A stretch of 63,500 nt of DNA, the filler included. It is 5 parts of 5 records of this genome, joined end to end, with 100 filler letters (N's around TTAATTAATTAA, not from the genome) between each part and the next. Parts side by side here need not be neighbours in the genome. Positions count along the whole stretch, not along the records: positions 26,324 to 46,781 come from SRR31156797_6889; 4 more parts are not named here. One strand, 5' to 3'. The position numbers were made by a program, and so were the translations under genes. Under the pieces are notes generated by a model that was not told the origin of the DNA, made no database searches, and saw nothing but the letters and a program-made list of their open reading frames with translations. Positions 29,978 to 39,791 of the stretch are shown here, one piece after another (within the stretch, counting starts at the first letter, position 1; every line of letters begins with the position of its first letter).

Positions 29978-31777
29978 ATGATGAGAAAAGATACGATCAG
30001 AAATATTGCCATTATCGCCCATGTTGATCATGGCAAAACAACGCTTATAGATGGAATGCTAAAACAAAGCGGGACTTTCCGTACGAATCAGGAAGTTGAA
30101 ACCAGAGTGATGGATTCAATGGACCTTGAACGTGAACGCGGCATTACGATCGCTGCAAAAAACACCGCAATTCAATATAAAGATATCAAGATCAATATCG
30201 TTGATACTCCGGGTCACGCCGATTTTGGCGGCGAAGTTGAACGTAGCCTGAATATGATCGATGGTGTTCTTCTTTTAGTAGACGCATCGGAAGGCCCCCT
30301 TCCCCAGACACGCTTCGTTCTTAAAAAAGCTCTTGAAAAATCTCTTCCGGTTATTTTAGTTATCAACAAGATCGATAGAAAGGACCGTCGTATCAGCACG
30401 GTGATCGATGCAGTTTATGATTTGTTCATTGACCTTGGAGCCAATGAAGAGCAACTGGAATTCCCTATCATGTACACCAATGCAAAAGCCGGTATTGCTC
30501 ATGAGGATTTGGAAGATGGATCTTCTGATCTAAAACCATTATTTAACAAGATCATTGATTATATTCCCGGACCCGAAGCCGATGATAATAGTCCCGTCTC
30601 ATTTCTTGTAACAAATCTAAGTTATGATAACTACGTTGGCCAGATCGCCATCGGACGTTTATTGAACGGTGTTATCGAGTTTAATAAACTCTACTCTCAT
30701 TGTAAAGATGACGGTATTGACCTGAATGCTAAATTCTCTGCTCTTTATACTTTTGAAGGACTAAAACGCGTACCCGTTGATAAAGTTTATGCAGGTGATA
30801 TCATTGCTTTGGCAGGGATTGACAAGATCAATATCGGTGATTCGATATCAGAAAATGAAGATCCCAAACCCTTGGAAAGGATCACGGTTGATGAGCCGAC
30901 CATTTCAATGGTTTTCTATGTTAACAATGGTCCCTTTGCCGGTACAGAAGGCAAATTCTTGACTTCACGTAACATCAAGGAACGCCTTGAAAGGGAAACT
31001 TTAAGTAACGTATCGATCCAGGTCAAACCCACCAACCGCGCCGATGCTTTTGAAGTTTGCGGACGTGGTGAATTGCAAATGGCTGTTCTGATCGAGACCA
31101 TGCGACGTGAGGGATTTGAGCTTCTCGTTTCAAAGCCTCATGTTATAACACGGGAGATCGACGGCAAGCTCCATGAACCGGTTGAAAATGTACATATTGA
31201 GATACCCGAAGAGTTTGTTGGTGTCGTTACCGAAAAACTATCCAAGCGTAAAGGTCGTATGCAAAGTATGATCAATAATGGCATTGGATATACCCATTTG
31301 GAATTTTTGGTTCCCTCACGCGGATTGATCGGATTTAGAAGCCAGTTCTTGACCGATACCAAAGGCCGAGGCATTATGAATAGTATCTTTCATGGATTTT
31401 CACCCTGGTTCGGCGATATTCCCCAGCGTAACAGCGGTGCGATTGTTGCTGATCGTCCCGGAAAAGTCACAGCTTATGCAAGTTTGGCTATGGAGGATAG
31501 AGGTGCATTGCTTGTTTCAGTTGGAGATAAAGTCTATGCCGGTATGATCGTCGGTGAACGCAATCTTCCTCAAGACTTGCGTGTTAATATCGTCAGAGAA
31601 AAAAAATTGACGAACATGAGAGCTTCAAGCGCGGATACAACCGTTACACTTCATGCACCCAGAATATTGACACTGGATCAGGCGATTGAATTCATTGCTG
31701 AAGATGAGGTTGTAGAGATCACACCCGAATCGGTAAGATTGCGCAAATATATTCTTGATAACCGTATCGGGAAGTAA
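29978..31777 (+). CDS. typA: Translational GTPase TypA/BipA
   Basis: [71 protein letters not shown]. Confidence 0.97.
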   Translation: MMRKDTIRNIAIIAHVDHGKTTLIDGMLKQSGTFRTNQEVETRVMDSMDLERERGITIAAKNTAIQYKDIKINIVDTPGHADFGGEVERSLNMIDGVLLLVDASEGPLPQTRFVLKKALEKSLPVILVINKIDRKDRRISTVIDAVYDLFIDLGANEEQLEFPIMYTNAKAGIAHEDLEDGSSDLKPLFNKIIDYIPGPEADDNSPVSFLVTNLSYDNYVGQIAIGRLLNGVIEFNKLYSHCKDDGIDLNAKFSALYTFEGLKRVPVDKVYAGDIIALAGIDKINIGDSISENEDPKPLERITVDEPTISMVFYVNNGPFAGTEGKFLTSRNIKERLERETLSNVSIQVKPTNRADAFEVCGRGELQMAVLIETMRREGFELLVSKPHVITREIDGKLHEPVENVHIEIPEEFVGVVTEKLSKRKGRMQSMINNGIGYTHLEFLVPSRGLIGFRSQFLTDTKGRGIMNSIFHGFSPWFGDIPQRNSGAIVADRPGKVTAYASLAMEDRGALLVSVGDKVYAGMIVGERNLPQDLRVNIVREKKLTNMRASSADTTVTLHAPRILTLDQAIEFIAEDEVVEITPESVRLRKYILDNRIGK

Positions 31778-31891
31778 TTCCAAAATTTGAATATATCACA
31801 TTTCAGTATCTTTACTTAATATTGACTTTTTTTCAATTTCAGCTAATATTATATTATTTATATAAATCGATTATATATTAGGATTTTTATT

Positions 31892-32416
31892 ATGAAACGG
31901 GTTTGTGCTTGGTGTAAGGTTCCAATGGGAGATGTTGAATCGGATATTCATGCTGCTCATTCCATCACACATGGTATTTGCGACTCGTGTTTGAGTTCAT
32001 TGTTCCAAGATCAAAATATTGATTTTATTCCTTTTTTAAATTCTCTTTCAGCACCTGTTGTGCTTATCGATGATAATAATACATATCTATCGGCAAATGA
32101 TAGTGCTTTATCTATCCTGAACAAGGATCGCTTGCAACTTCAAAATAATCGTACAGGTGATATTTTTACTTGTGAGAATGCGCTTTTAACAGGTGGATGC
32201 GGGCATACGGAGAAATGCGGCGGTTGTCAAATGCTTCAATTGATCACTGAAACCTATAAGGGAGACGATAGTTTTTCAAATATTCCCGTTACCTTAACAA
32301 GGAATATTGATAATACTCGTGAGGAATTGAATTTAAAGATATCTACTGAAAAAGTTAATAGTCTTGTCTTAATGCGGATCGATCAATTTGAAAAAGGATC
32401 AAAAATTCATTCGTAA
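31892..32416 (+). CDS. Cys-rich small protein: N-terminal CxxC..HGICxxC motif plus PAS-like domain
   Basis: VCAWCK...ITHGICDSC; LNSLSAPVVLIDD...ANDSALSIL (PAS-like); CENA...GCGHTEKCGGC. Confidence 0.6.
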   Translation: MKRVCAWCKVPMGDVESDIHAAHSITHGICDSCLSSLFQDQNIDFIPFLNSLSAPVVLIDDNNTYLSANDSALSILNKDRLQLQNNRTGDIFTCENALLTGGCGHTEKCGGCQMLQLITETYKGDDSFSNIPVTLTRNIDNTREELNLKISTEKVNSLVLMRIDQFEKGSKIHS

Positions 32417-33117
32417 GTGTAATAAAAATCAAGATCCCGGTATTGCCACTTATCATTTTCTTTTAATCTCAATGTAGAAAACCCATGCGCTTCCATGATC
32501 AAGCCTGTTTTTATATCAACAACATAAAACACTTCATCTACAAGCCAATCAATGAACATATTTTTGGGTTTCATTTGCAGAACCACACAACCCGGGCGCT
32601 CATATTTTGATTTATTCAACATGGTGACTTTCATTTTGACTAGTCGCAATGTCTCCGGAGCATAAATATAGAATACCGCCATACCGCCATTCATCAATTC
32701 CTTTAAGTAACCTTTTAAAGCTAATTGTTGTGTCGGGGCAAAAACCAAAGGCAATTTCATATCTCTTGTGACGTACTTTTTCTTGCCTTTGTTTTCAAAA
32801 CAGAGATCAACTTTATCACCTTTTCTGACAAAACTGGAGTACTCTTTGATCTGATGAAAATCCAAAGAACTGTAATACGGCTCTCCATTGATCAGAATAA
32901 CTTTGTCATGCGCATACAATTCTCCGTCGGGCGTATGATAATAGATATCATAGAAGGCACTGTCCCCTCTTTGTTCAAAAGTATTTGTATGTGTGTACAC
33001 TAATCTTTCAGGCTCTCCTTCAGGGTACAGCTCCGCATAAAAAATATCTTTTGCCAATAAACTTGAGCATAGAAGAGTAAAACATAAGATTAATCTGAAT
33101 GGCATTTTAATTGTCAT
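32407..33117 (-). CDS. Hypothetical exported protein
   Basis: 236-aa ORF with signal-peptide-like N-terminus; last gene of the minus-strand run. Confidence 0.6.
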   Translation of the reverse strand: MTIKMPFRLILCFTLLCSSLLAKDIFYAELYPEGEPERLVYTHTNTFEQRGDSAFYDIYYHTPDGELYAHDKVILINGEPYYSSLDFHQIKEYSSFVRKGDKVDLCFENKGKKKYVTRDMKLPLVFAPTQQLALKGYLKELMNGGMAVFYIYAPETLRLVKMKVTMLNKSKYERPGCVVLQMKPKNMFIDWLVDEVFYVVDIKTGLIMEAHGFSTLRLKENDKWQYRDLDFYYTYE

Positions 33118-33144
33118 TGAGTTTGTATCCCTTAGAAATATATA

Positions 33145-34245
33145 TTATTCACCTAGAATTGCTTCCGCCACTGCATCATTTACTGCACGACGTACCGGTG
33201 TTACAGCTTTTTTATCCTGCGGATATACGCGGTTCGTTAAAAAGATAATGTATATATCTTTTGAATGGTCGATCCATGCGCAAGTGCCGGTATACCCTGT
33301 ATGACCGATAGCTGTCTCCGCCAGATGATCCCCCGCTGAACTGCGATAGTTATTCATTCCCCAGGCGTAAGCCCTTGTCCCTGCCTGCAATGTAACAAAA
33401 GGTTCAATAGTCTCTTCACTGACATATCGTTCTCCCTCATACACACCTTTATTCAACATCATTTGACATAATTTTGCCAGATCGGGAGCCGTAGAAAACA
33501 AACCTGCGTTCCCTGAATATCCTTCGAGCGATAAAGCGAGCGGATCGTGAACCTTTCCTTGCAGTTTGACCAATGTTCCGGTGCTGTCACCAATTGTTGG
33601 CAAGCAATATTCTATCATATCATCGCCGGGAGCGTAGCAAGTATATTCAAGTTCCATAGGTTCCGTGTAGTATTTATCGTAAAATTTCCACATTTTCATT
33701 CCACTGGCTTCTTCCACTACTCTCATCAAGGTAATAAAATTCAAGCAGCTGTATTTATACTCACCCAGTTCGCGCTGCATTTCAATATTCATAATGATAT
33801 CAAGTGTTTCATCTGCCGATTTTCCTCTTGCAGAATATGCAGGCAAGCCGCTATTGTGCATGAGCAGATGCTTTACTTTAATAACATCTTTTCCTTTGTT
33901 GTTAAATTCGGGTAAATAATCAACAACATGATCTTCCGGATCGATCAGTCCAAGATCAATGCATTTCATTGCAGACATACCTGTACCGAAAACCTTAGAA
34001 AGAGAGGCCATGTCAAAAATTGAAGTGATTTCAACTTTCTTTGAATCTTTGGCATAAGTATAGTTACCGTATGCTTTTTGATAGATCACTTCTTCAGAAT
34101 TACCGACTAATAGGACAGCACCCGGGAAAATTCTTTCATCAATAGCATTATTGATGATCTCATCAGTTGACTTCATCTTATCTTTCATGCAAGATGACAA
34201 GATCAATATTACAAGCAACAATAGTATAGTTTGGACTCTTTTCAT
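33145..34245 (-). CDS. Beta-lactamase-fold serine hydrolase lipoprotein (AmpC/esterase/peptidoglycan-recycling type)
   Basis: Lipobox LSSC; SxxK (ASLSK), LLMHNSGL, YSCLNF, GNAGLFST, GHTGYTG. Confidence 0.88.
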   Translation of the reverse strand: MKRVQTILLLLVILILSSCMKDKMKSTDEIINNAIDERIFPGAVLLVGNSEEVIYQKAYGNYTYAKDSKKVEITSIFDMASLSKVFGTGMSAMKCIDLGLIDPEDHVVDYLPEFNNKGKDVIKVKHLLMHNSGLPAYSARGKSADETLDIIMNIEMQRELGEYKYSCLNFITLMRVVEEASGMKMWKFYDKYYTEPMELEYTCYAPGDDMIEYCLPTIGDSTGTLVKLQGKVHDPLALSLEGYSGNAGLFSTAPDLAKLCQMMLNKGVYEGERYVSEETIEPFVTLQAGTRAYAWGMNNYRSSAGDHLAETAIGHTGYTGTCAWIDHSKDIYIIFLTNRVYPQDKKAVTPVRRAVNDAVAEAILGE

Positions 34246-34270
34246 ACTCTCTCCAATTTATAATTATATT

Positions 34271-34852
34271 CTAAAAATACGCTTTAAGGTCCGACCAGGT
34301 CGCATCGGTCGAAACCGGAATATCCTGCCAGTAGGCGATCACCCAATAATTTTGATTGTTACGGATCAATTTTATATAACTTCGTCCATTAAAAAGCTTA
34401 TCAATACCCTGCCGTGTATGATTGGCAACGATATTGTAATTGATCTGATATGAGATCGTATCACCTTCATCACTATCCGGAATGTCATCATTTGTTATCG
34501 TCAGTAAAAGCAAGGAATCATCCGGACATGCCGCTAGTAATTCCTGAAAGAAAAGTTCTTCATCCTGCAGGGTCCAATCGAGAGGAAAAGTAACCGCCTT
34601 TACCGGAGCGGCATCAAATTTAAAGTACTTCCCGGATGTCAGGGAGTCTGACAAACAACGGGTATAAATATCATATTCTCTATAAGTAAAAGCATTTTCA
34701 AGATTCCGGAAAACCGTTCCGGGATCTGTGGGAGGAACAAAATGATCGATAGACGGCCGTTGAGGCGGCTCAGAACCGCGCATCAATGCTTCACATCCCA
34801 CAAATATAGCACCTGATATCAGGAACAATAATATGTATTTATTAAATCTCAT
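34271..34852 (-). CDS. Hypothetical lipoprotein
   Basis: Lipobox FVGC; tightly packed in the operon. Confidence 0.7.
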   Translation of the reverse strand: MRFNKYILLFLISGAIFVGCEALMRGSEPPQRPSIDHFVPPTDPGTVFRNLENAFTYREYDIYTRCLSDSLTSGKYFKFDAAPVKAVTFPLDWTLQDEELFFQELLAACPDDSLLLLTITNDDIPDSDEGDTISYQINYNIVANHTRQGIDKLFNGRSYIKLIRNNQNYWVIAYWQDIPVSTDATWSDLKAYF

Positions 34853-34856
34853 TTTT

Positions 34857-35645
34857 TCAGATCGTCATACCAAACGACACCATCATGGGATAGCCTAAAC
34901 CATCCTGATGAAAGTACTGGCCGTAACCAATACGGAATTTCTTCCATTTAACCTCAGCACCCACATGGTGAATACGCTGCAAACTATCATGGCTGTAAGA
35001 CAATTCAAATACCGGATGAAAGTATCTTATTCCCCATCTGAGGAAAGGATCAATATCGGAGTTTATTCCACCTTTTAGCGATACGATAAAGAAATTGAAT
35101 ATCAGGTCACCACCGACATAATATCGGGTCGGAACCTGGGTTCCTACATTGCTCAAGGGTGACATCCAGCCCAGATTCTCAACACCGGCAAGAGCACGCC
35201 ACATCACATTGAAAGTCCTGGATACTTCCGCATCGATAGAACCACCCCATGAGGACGCAAAATAAAGTCTTTCGCTTAACAGGCTTGCTCTGGCTTTTAT
35301 ATTCCATTTATCGTTGAGCGTAAAATTCTTTCCCACATATAAAGCTGTATTATAATAAGCTGTTGTACCAACCGGATCATCCGTCGGTACTTCACCTCTG
35401 ATCTCAATATTATCTGACATCAGTCCTTTAAATCCAACTTCATATCCATTAAACCTGACTGAGACCGCCGAATAATCGGTTGCCAGATACCAGTTTGCAT
35501 AAGAAAATGTCACTTCGTTTTTCACTTTAACGGGGCTTTGAGGGAAATATCCGTCTTGGGCATATGTTGGAAGGGTTAAAACAGGCAAACCTTCACCCGC
35601 GAAACAAAGAGTTAATGTGAAAACGATAATGAGTATTTTTTTCAT
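34857..35645 (-). CDS. PorV/PorQ-like outer-membrane beta-barrel protein (short)
   Basis: Signal peptide; alternating aromatic beta strands, 'AGVENLG', terminal strand VSFGMTI; paralogous in style to the adjacent gene. Confidence 0.55.
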   Translation of the reverse strand: MKKILIIVFTLTLCFAGEGLPVLTLPTYAQDGYFPQSPVKVKNEVTFSYANWYLATDYSAVSVRFNGYEVGFKGLMSDNIEIRGEVPTDDPVGTTAYYNTALYVGKNFTLNDKWNIKARASLLSERLYFASSWGGSIDAEVSRTFNVMWRALAGVENLGWMSPLSNVGTQVPTRYYVGGDLIFNFFIVSLKGGINSDIDPFLRWGIRYFHPVFELSYSHDSLQRIHHVGAEVKWKKFRIGYGQYFHQDGLGYPMMVSFGMTI

Positions 35646-35654
35646 TTATTTCTC

Positions 35655-36581
35655 CTAAAAATAGAATAGCCATGTAAACAAGTGACTGCTTCCCTGTTGA
35701 AGATTCCCAACAAGAAAAGCATAGTCCATGCGTGTTGTAATATCCTTCCAAAGTTTATAGGTCGTACCGACTCCAAAGGTTGGAATACCATTATCAGCAC
35801 CACCGCGCAAGTATATGGATTCCCATAATTTTACTTCTACACCGGCATGCCAAGTCGGTTCGATCGTTTCGGAATATTTGTAAGATCCCGTGAACAACAC
35901 CCTGTCTTTTAAATTATAAGACAAGCCGAAATGATATGCAAGCGGGTAATAATCCACTCTTCGAGTCTGATAATCAACATAAGATTCGGAAGAGACGTCC
36001 CAGGTTGTTTTTCCCGAAATATCTTTTACTACAACACCCAGTTCAAGATTCTTCAGAGGACTGATCTTGACACCAATATCTGCACTGAATCCACTTGATG
36101 AAGAGCTAACCAATTGATCGGACAATACTTTTCCGGAGAGCCCTATGGACATCCATGGAGTAATATTCAATCCAAAGCCAATAATGAATGCATTCTGGGA
36201 CCAGGAATAATCATAACCCGGATCATTTGAATAGTTCCTTCCGGTAATATTATCAACTCCGGCATGTATCCACGTTACAGACATACCTGCATTAGGTGGT
36301 AAAGCCACGCCAAAAGCGATAGTCTGATAGGAACGATCCAAAGAGAGGAATTGAAAAGAGGAGGAGAACTGTCTTGTCTTTATTGAAGGGATCAATGCAG
36401 GATTACCATTCGACATATTGACATCATTCAACAGCACTGTCCCTGCATTACCCAAAGCAGCCACGCGCGCATCTGAAGGCATACGCAAATATGCTCCGGC
36501 AACGCCTCCTGCTTCATCGCCTGCAAACAAGAGAACCGTTATCATTGAAACAATTAGAATTATTTTAACTATATTTTTCAT
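35655..36581 (-). CDS. PorV/PorQ-family (FadL-like) outer-membrane barrel
   Basis: AYLRMPSDARVAALGNA...NPA N-terminal motif, beta strands, YLRGG, MDYAF, C-terminal Phe. Confidence 0.75.
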   Translation of the reverse strand: MKNIVKIILIVSMITVLLFAGDEAGGVAGAYLRMPSDARVAALGNAGTVLLNDVNMSNGNPALIPSIKTRQFSSSFQFLSLDRSYQTIAFGVALPPNAGMSVTWIHAGVDNITGRNYSNDPGYDYSWSQNAFIIGFGLNITPWMSIGLSGKVLSDQLVSSSSSGFSADIGVKISPLKNLELGVVVKDISGKTTWDVSSESYVDYQTRRVDYYPLAYHFGLSYNLKDRVLFTGSYKYSETIEPTWHAGVEVKLWESIYLRGGADNGIPTFGVGTTYKLWKDITTRMDYAFLVGNLQQGSSHLFTWLFYF

Positions 36582-36589
36582 TTTTCACC

Positions 36590-38164
36590 TTAATCCAAAA
36601 CGATCAGTTTAGTCCATGCAACCTGTTTGCCATCACCGTCACCCCAATCGTATTCCAAACGAATAAAATAGACACCATTCGCAACAAGATTATTCATACC
36701 ATTCTTACCATTCCAAATGAATTCCACCATATCCGAGGATACCGTTACATTCTCAGCGACCTGCTTGACCCGGACCATTGAAAAATCGAATATTTCAATA
36801 TTGACCCGGCCTGCTGATGGCAGTTTACAGTGTATACGAACATACCCTTCGCCATCCAACTGGTTCATTCTGGAGGGTGAAAAAGGATTGGGATATGCGG
36901 ACAAGGCAATATCTTCAGTAAAGCGGTTTTCAACGCGTCTTATGATATCCCAGGAGATGCCCAGATCGCTTGTTTTGGCAACACCGTCCGCCGTTCCGAC
37001 CCAAAGTATATCTCGACTATCCTCATGTACACAATAGATCTTTTGCGTCAGCAAGGGTTGACCATTTTCATCAACGATACTCCCCATGTCTGTCCAGTTC
37101 CAACCATCGGCAGAATACCAGAATCCTTCTTCACCGGAGGCAAAGGCATGATCGTCATTTTCGGAAAAAACATCATACAATCGAATACCGGCCAATTGCG
37201 TTTCCCAATACAGCATGTCGTTTGTATTTCTGTTTGAGACAGCCAAGCCACGTGACTCGGATGACTGCGTTGGCAAAGCAACTCCAAAGATCGTCCCGTC
37301 ATTATTTTGGATAAGATCTACTATAAAATTACCGCAAATTCCGGAATTCTGTGCATTATACTTGATCCAGCTTTCACCTTCATCATAGGAAATATTGATG
37401 CCATTTGCTGTTCCAACGACCACTGTATCACCTTTTATACTTAAAGAAAATACTCGGTGATTATAATTGTTTTCATACCCTAAAGCTCCCGATGTGGGGC
37501 TTAGATCAAAATCCAAGGGTGTATCAACATTCAATTCATCATAGCGATCCGGTGGCAATATCACCCGTTGCCATGTAGCTCCGTTATCGTAACTTTTTCG
37601 GCAACCGCCGGCAAAGTTTGCTGACCATAGGACCGTATCACCGGCAGCGGTTAACTGAACAGCAAGATCATAAGTCAAGTTATTGATCCTTGACGTGATC
37701 GGCAGAGCGGAAATACTGTCGCCATAGATCGCTTCAACCGTATCATATATTCCATCTATAGATTGTGGGAATCTTTGCCATGTCAATCCCATATCCGGCG
37801 AATATGAAACACCGTTCCCTACCGGATAATCGGTATAATATGAACCTTCCAGAACCGAGGTATCATATGCAGTGGATACCCAAATATGTTCACCTAAAAC
37901 AGTTAATCCTGTTACGGAACCGTAGGAGACATGCTCGCCATTCGAATAATATGTCTGAACTCTTTCACCTCTGTTATAGGAAATGGATAATCCATTGCCA
38001 CTGGCAAACAAGAAGGTCGTATCATTGATCTGAACAATATCCGTTACGGCATTGCTGCCCAAGCCTTCATAAACCATTGAAGAGTCCAATTCAAGCGAAT
38101 AGGATAAGGGTGATGAAAATGCAAATGAGATCAGTATTGTCATTAGTAATAATATTTTTTTCAT
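36590..38164 (-). CDS. Secreted beta-propeller (BNR/Asp-box) protein with C-terminal FlgD-Ig / T9SS-type sorting domain
   Basis: Asp-boxes SPDMGLTW, SYDNGATW, SYDEGESW, SDLGISW; C-terminal AYPNPF...IFDF...WNGKN...VANGVYFIRL...KLIVLD. Confidence 0.75.
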   Translation of the reverse strand: MKKILLLMTILISFAFSSPLSYSLELDSSMVYEGLGSNAVTDIVQINDTTFLFASGNGLSISYNRGERVQTYYSNGEHVSYGSVTGLTVLGEHIWVSTAYDTSVLEGSYYTDYPVGNGVSYSPDMGLTWQRFPQSIDGIYDTVEAIYGDSISALPITSRINNLTYDLAVQLTAAGDTVLWSANFAGGCRKSYDNGATWQRVILPPDRYDELNVDTPLDFDLSPTSGALGYENNYNHRVFSLSIKGDTVVVGTANGINISYDEGESWIKYNAQNSGICGNFIVDLIQNNDGTIFGVALPTQSSESRGLAVSNRNTNDMLYWETQLAGIRLYDVFSENDDHAFASGEEGFWYSADGWNWTDMGSIVDENGQPLLTQKIYCVHEDSRDILWVGTADGVAKTSDLGISWDIIRRVENRFTEDIALSAYPNPFSPSRMNQLDGEGYVRIHCKLPSAGRVNIEIFDFSMVRVKQVAENVTVSSDMVEFIWNGKNGMNNLVANGVYFIRLEYDWGDGDGKQVAWTKLIVLD

Positions 38165-38166
38165 GT

Positions 38167-38958
38167 TTACCTCACCACCACGGAGTCAAGGCTCCAATCT
38201 GAAAAATTCGCAGCTGTATCTTTTACACGGAATCTAAAATAATTTGTCGCGGCTGAGTTGCTGGATGATATCTGCAAGCCTCTTGAAAAAACCCCGTCTC
38301 CAGCGCTAACATCACCTTCTTCTCCGGTATCGTACATATCAAAATCCGTACCCCATAATCCTGTACTGTTACTCTTTACCTGAAAATAGGCATTCGTTAC
38401 ATCAAAAACACCATTCGGATCATCCACAGTCAATGAGATCAATAAGGTTTTATAAGTTACAGAACCATCTCTGCCTGCTGTAGGTCGGACGATCGTATCG
38501 GGCATAGTGATCTCTATAATAAATGGTGCGGTATTGGCGATCACTTCAAGGCTATCGTAATAGGTCTTGACTGACATGCCATTCTCATATATGTCATATT
38601 GCACTTCAATATTCCCTGTCAAAGAGTCGATCCTGTCGAGTTGTATATTCTTCGAGAAAACACCATCTCCGGGAAGTGCATCACCTGCCAGGCCTGAATC
38701 ATTCAATGTCGTCTGGACTGAAGCAAGTGTAAAACCTTCCAAAATTAAATTGGCTCTAAGGTCAGTGATCGAACTGTCGTAATTGATACTCAACTCACAA
38801 TGCAATTCCTCTCTGACAGTATTATAGTTCAGAGAAGATTCACTGATCTCCGGGATGGGATAGGTATTTCCGTTATTCCCTTCAGGATAAGTCGGGCCGC
38901 ATCCCCAGACCAAAAAGAGTCCGATCAGGATACTTGCAGCTAATATTATTTTTCTCAT
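38167..38958 (-). CDS. Lipoprotein with two Asp/Gly Ca-binding ('choice-of-anchor X'-like) motifs
   Basis: ATG 38958 overlaps the prmA stop (ATGA); lipobox VWGC; LNDSGLAGDALPGDGVFS and MYDTGEEGDVSAGDGVFS. Confidence 0.7.
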   Translation of the reverse strand: MRKIILAASILIGLFLVWGCGPTYPEGNNGNTYPIPEISESSLNYNTVREELHCELSINYDSSITDLRANLILEGFTLASVQTTLNDSGLAGDALPGDGVFSKNIQLDRIDSLTGNIEVQYDIYENGMSVKTYYDSLEVIANTAPFIIEITMPDTIVRPTAGRDGSVTYKTLLISLTVDDPNGVFDVTNAYFQVKSNSTGLWGTDFDMYDTGEEGDVSAGDGVFSRGLQISSSNSAATNYFRFRVKDTAANFSDWSLDSVVVR

Positions 38959-39791
38959 TCGTTCTCCATAAAAACAGCTGAAACAGCCATCCATTCATTC
39001 ATTCGTCGTATTTTGAGTATCTTATACCCACATTCTTTCAAAGCGTTCCGAATATCTTTTTTATGTTCAAATAAAAGACCGGCTAAAATTACACGATTCG
39101 GTATGCCTTTTGCAATGTTAAAACGCTTTAATAGCGGTAAAATTACATGTTTTTGAATATTGATCAAAGCCAGGTCACAAGCAAAGGAATCCATCTTCAG
39201 TATATCACAGATCTCCCATGTGATATTTTCCATGCCATTTCGTTTAAAGTTCTCTTGTAAATTCACATCGATCTCAGGATCGTTATCAATGGCGTGGATA
39301 GAGGAAGCACCCAGTTTTCCGGCAGCGATGGATAAGATCCCGGACCCGCAGCCAAGATCAAGCACCTTGTCCCCCTGATGCAATTGCCCTTTTAAAAGTT
39401 TCATGGCAAGAAAGGTTGATTCATGTGTCCCCGTACCAAAAGCATTTCCGGGGTTGATGATGATCTTTTCACGTCCTTGTGGCACTTTTTCCTCATGCCA
39501 GGGTGGAGTGATCCATAGATCGCGATTTACCCGGATGGGTTGAAAACCTTCGATCCAGCTTTGATTCCAATCACGCCCTTCCAGTTTTTCTTCCTGAAAT
39601 TCCTGATCGGGAAAATTTTCTTCCAGAACACCTAACAAAGTTGCTCTATTCTCCCAAAGATCAAGTACGGTCAATTTATCAACAGTGACCTCCACAGAGA
39701 GAACCTGTCCTAACTCAAGCAATAAGTCAAGCTTCCTTGAATTTTCTTCATCTTTCGGCAATTGTATTTTTACATAATCGGGATTCATCAA
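38955..39791 (-). CDS. prmA: Ribosomal protein L11 methyltransferase
   Basis: DWNQSW..F.PI, INPGNAFGTGTHEST, VLDLGCGSGILSI. Confidence 0.92.
   Translation of the reverse strand: MMNPDYVKIQLPKDEENSRKLDLLLELGQVLSVEVTVDKLTVLDLWENRATLLGVLEENFPDQEFQEEKLEGRDWNQSWIEGFQPIRVNRDLWITPPWHEEKVPQGREKIIINPGNAFGTGTHESTFLAMKLLKGQLHQGDKVLDLGCGSGILSIAAGKLGASSIHAIDNDPEIDVNLQENFKRNGMENITWEICDILKMDSFACDLALINIQKHVILPLLKRFNIAKGIPNRVILAGLLFEHKKDIRNALKECGYKILKIRRMNEWMAVSAVFMENE

Noticed and set aside
33145-34245. Antibiotic-resistance beta-lactamase
   Set aside because: Motifs (YSCLNF, HTGYTG) and envelope-operon context fit the broad serine-hydrolase family; resistance cannot be supported.
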